DNA of 50,582 bases from Neovahlkampfia damariscottae. Taxonomy: Eukaryota. The translations under genes and the position numbers were made by a program. The notes beneath the pieces were generated by a model, which was given only the letters and a program-made list of their open reading frames with translations, was not told the origin of the DNA and ran no database searches. Positions 25,144 through 38,500 of this stretch are shown here, piece after piece. Location of the stretch: the NCBI GenBank assembly GCA_016618085.1, contig JABLTG010000145.1, positions 1 through 50,582 of the forward strand, read 5' to 3'. Position 1 is the first letter of the stretch; the number at the start of each line of letters is the position of its first letter.

Positions 25144-26232
25144 TTAGTCAAGATATTCACCTGTTTGTTTCAACCATACTATGACTTCCTTCATTCCTTC
25201 TTCAAATTTAACACTTGGTTTCCATCCAAGATCTTTTATTGCTTTATCAGAAGGCCATTCTTGACCTCTTCCAACCAAATAAAGAGCAAATAATGTTAAC
25301 AAAGGTCTATCATCAAGCCATCCCATCCAATGATAAATTAATTCAAACAAATATGCAATGATATAAGCAAACCAAAATGGAATGGACCAAGTTACTCTTT
25401 TCTTTTGAATTCCATCTGAAATAACATCAAAATATTCTTTCCATGTTGGTGAATTTGGATCACAAACATTATAAATTTCACCAATTGAAATATTTGGTTT
25501 TTCATATGCCAAAAGAATACAATCAACAACATCATCAACATGAGTAGCACCTGATTTAAAATTAGATCCATCTACAAGAAATCCCCATCCTTTGTTAATA
25601 ATTCTAGCTTCTTGTAATCCCCAGGAATAAGATCTTTCACCATAAACTACAGCAGGTCTCAAAATTGTCATTGGTAGTTTATTTTGTTTATATTTGTTTA
25701 AAACTAATTGATCTGCGAGCGCTTTTGTTCTTGAATATCCATGAAATCTTTCTGAATCATGTGGATGGTTCTCATCACAATATTTTGTTTCTTTATCTTG
25801 TCTATAAACATCTACTGAACTGATATGAATGTAATGTTTTAAATGTTTTAATTTTAAACATTCTTCAACAATATTTTTTGTTGCTTTGAAGTTGGCATTA
25901 TAAAATGTTTCATAAAGACCCCAATCACCACCTTGTGCAGCGGAATGAAAAACATGAGTTATTCTGGTGTTCTTTTCTTGTTCAAAAAATCTTTGTACGT
26001 CATCAGGTTTTTCTAATTTTCCGTAAGTAATTTCAATATTTTTATGGTTTTTTAAAGTGTCAAATCCGATGGCTGCTATTAAATTTGAAGAAGGTCTACA
26101 AAAAATTCTGAAAATTCTTTTTTCTGCATTTTCTTCTTTCAATAATTTAAGTAATATTCTACTTCCAAGAAATCCTGAGACACCTGTAATGAGGTAAATA
26201 TCTTTTTCTTCTTTTTTATCACTGTTGGACAT
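25144..26232 (-). CDS. Extended SDR, 3-beta-hydroxysteroid dehydrogenase/NSDHL-like
   Basis: TGVSGFLG NAD-binding motif, SS, YSRTK catalytic motif, LRPAVVYG and a hydrophobic C-terminal patch. Confidence 0.88.
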   Translation of the reverse strand: MSNSDKKEEKDIYLITGVSGFLGSRILLKLLKEENAEKRIFRIFCRPSSNLIAAIGFDTLKNHKNIEITYGKLEKPDDVQRFFEQEKNTRITHVFHSAAQGGDWGLYETFYNANFKATKNIVEECLKLKHLKHYIHISSVDVYRQDKETKYCDENHPHDSERFHGYSRTKALADQLVLNKYKQNKLPMTILRPAVVYGERSYSWGLQEARIINKGWGFLVDGSNFKSGATHVDDVVDCILLAYEKPNISIGEIYNVCDPNSPTWKEYFDVISDGIQKKRVTWSIPFWFAYIIAYLFELIYHWMGWLDDRPLLTLFALYLVGRGQEWPSDKAIKDLGWKPSVKFEEGMKEVIVWLKQTGEYLD

Positions 26233-26599
26233 TTTCAAGCTTGACCGAAATGATTGGTTGTTTTACATAAAAATGAACCATGTTTTTTTCGAAGAAGAAT
26301 TTTCATTTTCTTTTTAAACCAACATGCGAGTGGAAGAAACCTGTCAATGAAGTCCTGAAAAATGATTGGTTGGCCTTCTCTTGTATCTTCTTCTAATAAT
26401 TTCTTCAAAGTTCTGGTCAGGGTTTGAACGTTTCTTTCAATCATTCCATTTTGATGAAATTCTTATTCGGAATTTATTTAACTTTGAGAATTGAGTGGAA
26501 ATTTCCACAGTTTCAATTCTAAATTTAGATTTTGAAGGATTGAAATTTCCATTTGAGTTTTCAAACCAATCATAATTCTTTTTAGGTCAAAACTGGAGG

Positions 26600-29500
26600 A
26601 TGAAGATTGAGTCAGGAGAAAAACCCAAAGATAAACAAGATTCTATTGAAGGTGACACAGGAATCATTGATTTGACAAAAGAACCTTCAATAGAAACAAA
26701 AAAAACTTCAGAAAACATCAAAATGGGTTCAGAAGAAGTAGATATTTTAACTGAAGAAATACTTGAAAAAGTGGAGGAAAATATTCAAGGTTAGTTTTTG
26801 TGCCATTTTTGATAATTTTTAGACACGTCAGAAAAACTCAAAGAACAGAGAGGATTGAAAGAAGATGAATTCATCTTGAAATATGTAGATGAAGAGAATA
26901 TAAATTTAACCAAAGGATTTTATTATTTTACCATTCATTTCAAACCTTCAGATATTTATTGTCTCTCACCTCACAAACAAGAAGAATTCAATTTATACGT
27001 GAAAAATGAAAAAGATGAAATAATAGAAATTATTGAAAACTTGGTTTTTGTTAGAGCTGCTGAAAAGGAACTTGTTCTTATCACCACTTTTTGTTTTTCA
27101 ACAAAAAAATTTGAACAATTGTCAAAAGTCAAATTTATTTTCTTCAAAAGAGTGAGACCAACAAAAAAAGGAAAAAAATTATTTGAAAAAGAGCTTACAT
27201 ACCCACTCTCAAATGAAAAATTAGAAGTAGTTCCATTATCAAATCAAATAATTTTACTTGAAAATGAAAAAAAATATGAACTACCAAAGGAATTCAAAAA
27301 TGTTAGTTTTGGATATTTATTATTTTTGTTTGGAGTGATTACTCGAAATGTCAAAATTGTTGAAATTCTTTACAAGAATGATCTTCTTGATTTGGATGAA
27401 ACTGATGAAGGAGGTCATAAACCTATTGATTGGTGCTCATACTTTCCAGTCACAAATATTTTTGGATACTTAAACAAGAAGATGATCAATCCTTTGGGAC
27501 GTAAAGTGAATGATTCATTTTCCAAAAGAACTGAATGGAACAAAAGAATCATGGAATACTTGTCAAATATTAAATTTGGTTTTGGTTACAATTTGATCAC
27601 TTTTGTTGCTTGCAATGATCAACTAATTGAAATCTTTGAAGCTCTATTAAAAAAAAATATTGGAACAATTTCAGATAACTTGGATTCATTTGGAAATAAC
27701 CTTTTTTTTTGGCAAGATCACCATAAGAGTAAAACTGCAAAAGAGTTCACAATGAAGAAAATAAATGAGGAATTGGAAAAAGTGAAAAGGGAAGAACGCA
27801 TCAGAGAACAAGAAATTGAACGTCAAAAAATTGAAGAAGAAAGAAAGACCAGAATGAGATGCTTCACAAATATCAAGTTAGAAGATAAAGATGATTTGTT
27901 AAGTCAATATGAAGAATTAAGTCTTGTTGAAAATGCTGATTATAGAAATGGAACTTTGAACATCACTTTCAAATCACAAGATGCTCTTGAAGCTGCAGAT
28001 TCGATCACAGCTGACCTTCAAAGAAAGCAACCTGAAGTTTCAACCGGATTTTTCGGGAATTTATTCAAGAAAATGAAAGATGTTTTCACAGCTGATTTTG
28101 ATGATATGGATAAAGTTACTTTACTTTTGAAAAAGAAAAAAGTTGATATTTTGTCCGTTATAAACTCCTTGAATAGTTTGGAAACTAATGCTTATTATTG
28201 GAAATTACATGAATTTGAACTTAAAGAATTTATCGAATTGAACATCAACAAATTGGCTGATCTCTTTCCATTATTGTTAACGTTAAGTAATTTAGGAATT
28301 GTAGAAGATTTGGTGAATGAATTAATTTTTGAATTTTCAATCACAAATTATGAAATGGCATCTCATTCTTTTTCAAATATCTACAAAATTCCACTTGAAA
28401 AATTAAAATCAAAAAAAAACAAGTCAATGAAATTAAGAATGGCAATTAATTTCATTGATATGGTGAACTGTTATGGTGGGAAGAATGACAAAATGAAACT
28501 TTGGTATCAATTTTGGTATAATGAAAATGATTATTCTTTGTTGGATTTTAAATCAATAGAACCTTTTTTCACCAAAATGTTTCGTGTAGATGTAAAAGAA
28601 TGTTATTATGGTGGAGTTATCAGATCAATGATTATTAGAAATGATATAGAAAGTGTTCATGTGATGGAAATTGATGAACCGGAATTGATCTCTTCATTGG
28701 TTGAAAAAATTCTCTTAGCAGAAATTCAAAATTTATCTTGTTCAATTTTATGCAAATTTAGAGATTATCTTCCTTCAAAAGAACACTTAATAGAAATTCA
28801 AAAAAGAATTGCAATTTCAAGTTCAGATGATTCTTTGACTTTATCCAACGTTTTCTACAACTTTCCAATGAAAGAAGATGAATTAACTGGATGTATTAAT
28901 TCATTAATACGGGATGATATCATCAATTCATTGATAAAGATCACAAAATGCAATTCTTCATTTTTAAACTCTTTCAAAGATTGTGATCCAGGAAAAATAT
29001 CAAAATTACTCACAGTGTTGTTTATAAAGAACAAGAACATGTGGGTTATGCCAGAAAATGTTCAAAAATTGAAAGATATTGAAGATAATTTTGGGAATGA
29101 ATTGCCAATTTTTTATCAAATTATTTCACAATCACTCATTGATCATCATTTCAATTCTAGATCTTTGGATTTTTCAGTTTCTTGTATCAAATCATTTTCA
29201 CCAAAGAAACTTCAAGAATTGTCATTTTTCCAAATTTTATTATTAAAAAAAGTAATTCCTCTTGACGTTTGCAGTAATTTTGATACTAAAAAAATGAAAG
29301 ATGTTATAAAGTACTACATAAACATTTACGAATTTGAAGATGTTTCTGACAATGTTTATGATGAGTTTGAAGTCTTAAGAAATAAAATTGAAGAATTAGT
29401 CATTGAGAGTGTATTGCATCTAAAGAAAGAAGTTGAAGACCAAAATTTGAGTGAAGAAATGTTAATTAAATTACAAAATAATGATGATGTTCTCACATTA

Positions 29501-32500
29501 GTTCTCCGAGCAATTGAAAATTCAATAGATTTTAATTTAGTGCATGAACAAATACAAGAATTTGAAGATTTGAAACAAAGAAGAAGAACAATCTTTATTT
29601 TGATTGATTGGTTGGGATATCATGATCACAGAGTAAAGTCAAATTATTCAAAAAGATCGTCGTTTGGAACATTGAAAGAATCAAAAGAGATGATTAACTC
29701 AATTGAAAAAGATATCAAAGAATCTGGTGTCGAAATTGGAAATGATCAAGCTTCAATCATTCAATATTTTGTCAAAGAAGATTCAATATTATTCAATGCA
29801 ATTCTAAAATTCACTTGCAAAAACAAATATCTTACTTCTGATTTTACACAAATTTCAATGAATGAATTGATTAATGAAACAATCTCCATTTTGAAAAAAT
29901 TTTCTTCTGATAAATTAACTTTGAATGATATCAAAACAGAAGGATCTGAAATTTTAAAAGCAATAAGAAAAGCTCAATTAGAAGATAAGAATAGATCTTT
30001 GTCAAAGGAAATATCAATTTTACTTGGATATTTTGAATCATCAGAAAAAAATACAATTTCAGAAGAGAAATTAATTTCAGCTTTGCAATATATTGATATA
30101 ATGAAACTTTATCCAGATGTAATCAAATGTTTTGATTTGTATCATCTTGAAAATTGCAAAAAACATTTACAAGGTTTTCTTATTGAAGATGAAGAAATTT
30201 CTGTTACTGAGGTTGATGACTATTTGAAAAAAGTAAAAGAATTATTCAATGGTTTGGAAAATTATCATATTCGTTTTTTTTCAACTGTTGCATACGTCAA
30301 ACCTTTAGTGAATAGTTTAATTGATCTATCAGATTTTGAAAATAGAATTACAATTCTTTCAAATAATGAAGGTACTCAACATCATGCAACAATATTGGAT
30401 TTGAAATCATGTTATCCATTTTTAAAATTATTTTTTGATAAAAATGTTCAATTTCAAACCATCATCGATACTTTATTAAAATCATTTAAGAATGAAAAAG
30501 ATATGAACATCATCATCAATTCAACTTTGAATGCATTTCATCATAATGAAAGAATTCAGTATTGGTTTTCTCAGATTGATGGATTATCAATGGACAATGT
30601 TAAATTGTCAATTGAAATTTTAAATCGTGGAGTTTATAAAAGTATTTATCATGAAAATAAAAAGAATTGTAATTTAACAATTGAATACTCATGGAAAAAT
30701 GATGGTGATATATTGATTCTTGATGAAGAAAGAATTGTTGATCTTGTCAGAAAAGCAATATTTTGTCATGAAAGTGCAGTTGAAGAATCAGATGAAAAAA
30801 ATTTAATGAAAGTATTTGAAATTTCTTATAAAATTGCTGATAAAGCAAATTCAAAAAGAAATCAATTAAAATACACTGGACATCCAAAATATCAAACAGA
30901 ACAATTTGAAATTGGAAAAAATAGTGTTGAAGATTTGAATAAATGTCTAAAGCAATTAGAATACGATTTAGATGAATGGAATGATAGTGTGAATGATACA
31001 ATTACAAAAATACCTCAAATACTCAAATTAAGAAAGAATCAAATGATTCGTTTGATGAATTTGATAAATCAACAAAATATTTCATCCTATGACTTTAAAG
31101 AAATATTATCATTGGTTTATGTTTGTTATTGGGACTACTTTGATGATCATTTATCATTTTTTTCTGCAATAACAGAGAAATTTATTTCCAATTCAATTTC
31201 AAAATCAAATTCTGAATGGTTACAAAAATTAACAGATCTTTTAGTGACAGTGAAACAAGAATGTGAATTGGTTGGTTCATGTGATCAAGGTAATGAACCA
31301 ATTAAAAGTGTAATGGTTGATGCTTCAAAATTCAAATCAAAAGAAGAATTAGTCTTTTCTATTACAAATCAAGTGCTAGAATTTTCAATTAATTTGAAAT
31401 GTCAATGTTCTCAATTCTTTTTTTGTTCATCAAACTTGATGGAAGAGATCAAATGGTTCAATAAAAGAAGGGAAATGTTTCCAGGAATGAAATATCTTAT
31501 TTTCAATGCAGAAGAGGAATTATCAAAAAATGATTTTATTCTTGCAGAAACAAATTCAAATTCAAAACTTAATTCTCATTATATTTTCAAAAATTCATTG
31601 TGGATGAATACTTTTTCATTTTTAGATAACGCAACTTTCGGATCAAATCAAGAAGATGTCAAAAAAATTTATAAAGGATATCCAAAGTCATTATTGAATG
31701 GAGGATCATTAACAACTGTTGTTGGTGATGCTCTATGTGGAAAAAGTAGAGCCATTTCACAATTTGCAAAATCTGAAGGACAAACTCTCCTAAAAATATG
31801 TGTTAATGAAGATTTCAGTGGTTCTTATTTTATCAAAAAATATAAAGATATGCTAAACTTGGGGATACAAAAAATAGCTATTCATTTTAATGTCACAGCC
31901 AGTGAATCAATTTCTGAATTAGATAAATTACTCATGTACATTTTCTTTTGTGGAGTATGGATGGATGAAAACTCTGGTGAAACTTTTGTTACCAATATCA
32001 ATAACAAGTTAAATATCTATGTTGAACTACCTTCAAATGAAAATTCAAATTATGATTTGAAGAACATTGCTCCAGTTATTTCAATTTTTACGAATGAAAT
32101 CAAAAAGATCACTTTGGAATCATTTGAATTTGAAATTGATGATAAAGCAAATTATGTTGCGAATTTTATTGATCTATTCCAACAAAATATGTTGACAAGA
32201 AGTAATTTGATGGATGCAAACATGAGAAACATCTCCACCCAGAAGAGTAAAATTGTGTTGAAGAATATATTCAAATTATGTCCAACAAGATATCATCAAG
32301 TTTTATTCATAGAAATGATGTATGAAAGATGCCTTTTCATCAATCATTCAATTTCACAAGATGTTGTTGTTTATCCTGATAGTACATTAATTCTACAATT
32401 TAAAGCGTTCTTCAATGAAAGTAAAGCATTGGTCAGTGAATCAATTGGAAAAAAATTGACTGAAACTCCTTTTACTTTTTTCAAGGAGCAATCATTTTAT

Positions 32501-35500
32501 GATGAAGAAACCAGTTCAATCATACCATTTTTTTCATTTTACAAAGTGGATCCAAATATTGATTTGATTACATCAAAAGATAATTCAATTAGTGAATTAA
32601 ACTCACACATTGGAATGTTGTGTGAGAATAATGACAGTCATTCTGTTCACAAAATATTGAAACAAAGAAATTATGTTTTAACGACTGATTTTGCTGTAAA
32701 AATGACAATATTGAATGAAAAAAGAAAAAGAGGTCATAATGTCATTATTTCAGGAGGTACTGGTGTTGGAAAAACAGAATTACTTCACATGTTTACTGAA
32801 ATTCTTAACTTTAATGAAGATTTCAAACCACAAGAATCATTAACTCGAAAATTTTTGAATACAATTATGAATACTTCCAAATTGTCAAATCATGAAAGGG
32901 AAGCAGTTGGAAAAAATTTAATTGATTTTGATAATTCACTTAATCTCACTTATTTGATTCTTGCAATTGAAACTTTATGCACAGATTCCAAAGATGGAAG
33001 TCATGCAAGAGGTGAAAAACTACAAATATTTAGCAAACAGTACATTATGGAAATGTCAAATGCATTGAAAAAATATGATATGTTAGATATTAATTCATTA
33101 ACAATGGAAGTACTTGAAAAGAAATCAAAAATGGAAACATTAACTCAATTTATCAATTTAGTGAAAGATATTGAAAATTCTAAACCAAAAGGGATTTTTC
33201 ATCAAATTATGATGCATCCTGGATGGACTGTCAGTCAATTGAGAAACAAATTCAAATCAATCATCGATGAACATCATGAATTAAAGAAGAGAGATAAATG
33301 TAAGAATTTGATAAGTTTAGTATTCATTGATGAATTAAATACATCACAATGTTTGGGATTTTTGAAGGAAGTTATGGTAGATGGTTCTTTAGATGGTGAA
33401 CCAATTGATAAGAGTATATTTTTCGTTGGAGCTATCAATCCACAAGATAAGAACATTTCAGAAACTGAAGAATTGACTTACATTGTCAACAAACTTCCAA
33501 TTAGTATGGAGAAGATTATCCTTGATTTTGGTGAACTTTCACCATTTCAACAAAATCAATTCGTTCAATTTCTTTTTCGTTCGGAGTTTTGTTCAATCAA
33601 ACCATTTATACAAATGGATGAAAAAAACACAAATTTGGTTACAGCTGAATGCGAAAAATTGATTTTATTTTGTCAAATTTTTGTTCAAACAAAACAAAAA
33701 CAAAACAAAAGAATTAGAGTAAGTATTCGTGATATCATGAGATTTACTCAACTTTATGAATTCTTTTCAACAAAAATTTGTTTGAAATATACTTCTGATG
33801 ATCCTTTGGCAGTTCATTGGACCAATCTCATTATTAGTATTGGATTAACTTATTATTTTAGATTAAGTTCATCCAATAGAAATGAATTTTCAAAAGAATT
33901 TGACAACAAATTGAAGGAATTGAAAGCTTTTAATATCAAAGTCAAAATCAATGGAATTTATTCATACTTACTTGATGAAAACTGTGTTGAAAGAGTTTTG
34001 TCTCAACAACTTACATATTTTTATGATAGAGTTTACGAATCAAATGCAATTCCAAAAGGTATTGCAGACACTCGTGCATTGAAAGAGAATTTATTTTGTA
34101 ATTTTGTTTGTATTCAAACTAAAATCCCATTGTTGATTTCTGGTCCACCTGGTACTTCCAAAACTCTTAGTTACCAGATTGCAAGTAGAATTAAGAAGAT
34201 ATTTGATTTTGCGAAAACAGTAAATGGTGCAAATTATCAATGCACTGAATATTCAACTCCTGAAGAAATTGAAAGTGTCTATAACTCCAGAATCGATTTA
34301 TATGAAAACTTGAGAGCAAGGAATGATGAAAATGAAATTGTCTCTGTTTTCTTAGATGAATCTGGTTTACCAAAAGAAAAGAAACATGCATTGAAAGTTA
34401 TTCATTATTACTTGGATCATGCTAAAATTTCTTCAGTTTTGATATCAAATTCTATTTTAGATGCAGCTAAAACGAATAGAACTTTACATCTTCAACAAGA
34501 AGAATCAACTGAAGAAGATCTTAAATGTTTGGCAAAAGGAATTTTGAGACAAAAGAATATTGATGGTTTTATTGATGGATTAATTTCAGCTTATTTCAAA
34601 GTGAACACAATTGTAAAGAATATTGACCCATATCTTAGAAAACCTCTTAAATCAGACTCATCAAAATGTGATTTCTTTCAATTGCGTGATTTCGTATTTC
34701 TTTTAAGATTATTGGCTGAAACATCAAATTTTTCAAATGAAAATGTTTACTATTGTTTACAAAGACATTTCAATGGTGTTTCTGTTGAATGCTTTGAAGA
34801 AATTACAAATAACTTTTTCAATGAATTCCAAAAAAGAGATAATAGTTATTCTATTCCCTCAAAGAAAAAATCACACATAGATGTATTGAAGGAAAGTATC
34901 AACAGAAATTATCACTCAGAATCATCTGATCCAAATCAATCATCATTCAGATATACATTGTTGATTGATGATGGCAATGTTGAAACTTCTTTAAGATTAC
35001 TTACCTCTGAAAATATCTTAGAAAATGATTATGAAATTTGTTCAGTGAGTGATTTTCCAAATGATGATAATTTATTCTCAAAATCACAAGAAATTTCAAA
35101 GATCAAACTTGCAATGGAAATTGGAAAAACATTGATATTGATAAATTCAGATTCAATCAACACAAATTTTTATGATGTTTTCAACAGACATTTTTATGAT
35201 GTAAAGAAAGAAGTTGATCATAAAGTTGAAGGAACAAATGAAGTTGTTAAAAAAACAATAACTCAATATTTTGCAAATGTTGCAGTTGGAGCATTGAGTT
35301 CTCAATATCCAGTTCATGAGAATTTTCATATTATTGTTCATATTCCAAAAGAAAAAGTTAAAGATGCACCTCTTCCATTTTTAAATAGATTTGAAAAATA
35401 TCAACTGGGTGAATCTCACATACTTGATGGAAAATTATCAGATTTGAAAAAGAAAATTATTTTTGATGCTCTTAAAGAAGGAGTAGAAGATTTCGTGAAT

Positions 35501-38500
35501 ACAATGCTTCCACAAACCTTCGTTGGTCTTACAGAAAAGCAAACAACGGCATCTTTAATGATTCAAATATTAAAAGATTCAGTTGATATCCCAGTGATTC
35601 ACAATCCATTTGATTCATTACCATCATATGCAAAAAATGTTCATAAATTTGAAAATATTGATCCATTGAAAAGAATGAAAGAAAATATAAAACAAACAAA
35701 TTTTAAACTTTTACAACTTGCTTCACCAGAATCTATTTATTCACTTAGAAATGTTTTACCATCAAATTATTTAGCTGAATATTTGAATCATCAAGAACAT
35801 TTTTCATTTGCTAAATTCGTTAAAGAAATTGGAAAGAGTTTTCTTAATCCTGATTCAAATTTTGTTGATAACAAATGGATTGTTTTTACAAGAACATCTG
35901 GACAAATTGTTAAACTTTTGACAGATAAATTAATGCAGGAATCATTATTTCAATTTGATGATAATTTAAAAATCTCAGAATATGAAATTGTATCATTTGA
36001 TTCATTTACAAAGAAAAAAGATTGTGATATTTTCATAGATAAATTTGTTGAAGAAAATAAGAAAGCATTACTTTGTATAGTTGATTCTAAACATGCAACT
36101 AAATCTCAATTGAATTATTTCAGATATAAAGTTGATCAAATGAAAACTAAAGAAGATCCTTTAATTTTATTTTTAATTCAAAATTCATCACAATCAGAAC
36201 CTTATGATGTTGTTTATTTGAATAATTGGAACTATCTTTATGTTGACAATTTTGACAACCAAAAGTATTTTAGAGGGGAAATGAATCCACACTTTTGGTT
36301 TTCATATGCCACAAATTTGTCCACTTTGAATAATTCAAAATTAATGGAAGAATTATCATCATTGTATGAAGAAATTATTGGAGAATTAGATTTTCGAAAT
36401 CGTAAAGAAAAGTTATTAAAAAGGGAAGATATTACCAAAAAGAAATTTTTGGAAAATGTCAATTTCAAAAAGATCATTCTCAGTACCTTCAAAAAGAATT
36501 GGCTTGACACTCAATTGAATTCTATTTTAAAAGATGCATGTGATTCAATTGTATCTGGAAATGAAATCTCAAGTATTTTAGATTTAGTTTATAATGGATT
36601 TGAAACACTTCTTGAAACTGTATGCAAGTATTATCAAAATTTGGTCATGCAATATCCAAAAGAATTCCAATCATTTCATGAATCAAAAACACCTTACATT
36701 TCTTCACTTATTTTGGAAGAAACTTTCACCACAAAATCTTCCAATTTCAAAAATACAACTCTTCAATTTGACATTCCTTTCAGTAATGTTTTAATCCAAA
36801 AATTAAAAGAAGAATTTGTTCTCAATAATTCTTTTGAAAATAGCAAATTCAAATCATTGATTCAAATTATTTCGAAGAAGGATCTCTTAAATTTTAAAAA
36901 TGATTGCATCAAAGAATCATTTCAATTTGACAACTATATTTTTAACAAAATTTGTTTTCAATATTTAAATCATTTAAATCAATCAAGAAATCATTCTGTT
37001 GATTCTTTATTCAGATTGTTCTCGGAAAATCATTTCAATTCATTAAAAATAATCACAATCTATATTGATCAATATTCATTTCAAATGAAAGAACATTACT
37101 TTGATCATTGTATTGTATTATCAGATTATACAGATACTATTTTAAAAGAATCCATTGGAAATCTATTCAATTTTATTAAATTTATTGGAAAACCAAATGA
37201 AAGTAATGAAGATTTGTCTTTGAATGAGTGGTGCAGAAAATTTAAACAAATTAGAAGCTTAATAACAAACCAAATGAAAAAAATGTCAAAAGAATTGAAA
37301 GATATGTTTCTTAAATGTAATGTAGTATATTCATTACATCGTTGTTTCCCTCAATCATCATTTGATCATTATATTGATGAATTATTAGAACTTTCTGTTT
37401 TTGATTTAGAATTCAAAGATTTTCTGATTAGATTGGAACCAAATGGACAATTATTTTTGCAAGAAATCATCAATGACTTGTACTTGAAAGATATGACAAA
37501 AGAATCTATCAACATATTAATGTCCATCATCCTTTCTGAAGAAAATGCATTGAAATATTTATCAATTCCATTCAGATCATATATTTTTTATAAATTTTTG
37601 ATCAATATTGATGATTTTGTTCATAAAAAGGAATATATTTCAATGATTGATGATTCATTAAAAGACAATCCAGAGTTGGTCACCAACGTGATTCAACAAT
37701 GTTTTATCAAATTTTATAAAGATAATGATATGTCAACATTGAGAAAAAAGATTTCTCTGAAAAGACAGAACTTTACACATCCATCTAATTTCGAAAGAAT
37801 ATTAATAGATTCATTAATTCATTTGTTCTTTACAAAAATCTCACAATTTTTTAATTCAACACCAAAAGATAAATGGGAAACACAACTAGATGATATTTGT
37901 TTGGGGTTGAAAGATATTGAATTTGATTTGGACAAACAATTTCTCTTTTTGACATATTTTGATACAAGAAAGATCAAAGAACTTTCTGCTGAAAAGATTC
38001 TACAAAAATTAGGTGTTCAGGTATTCAAAGAGGTTGCTGAAATTCCTGATCAAATTTTCAATTCACTTCCATTTATGTACAGAGCAGGCGAATCAAAAAC
38101 TATCTACGAATCATTAAAAGAATCATTCAAAAACTCAAAAGAATTGAAAAAAAAATTGAATTCTCTCAAAGATAAAAATGAATGTAAAATGATGGTTTTA
38201 TTGATTTGTTATCATGAATTCTTCTCAAAGAATAAGAAATGTGATCCATTACTTCAATTAATCCAAGATGATTCGATTTCAAAATGTTTAGATTTAAATC
38301 CTGAAGAACTTAATTGTTTCATATTTTACTCAAATGGTCCATTAGAAAATCAAATAGATGAGTCAGAATTAGTTTTTGCATTCTCAAAGAATCTCTTTAA
38401 AGATAAAAATTCAGATAGAAAATCTGCTGATATTATGACAAACATAATTGCTGTTACATTAGGTATGGGAAGAAATACTCATCTTTATGCTCGTGCTTTC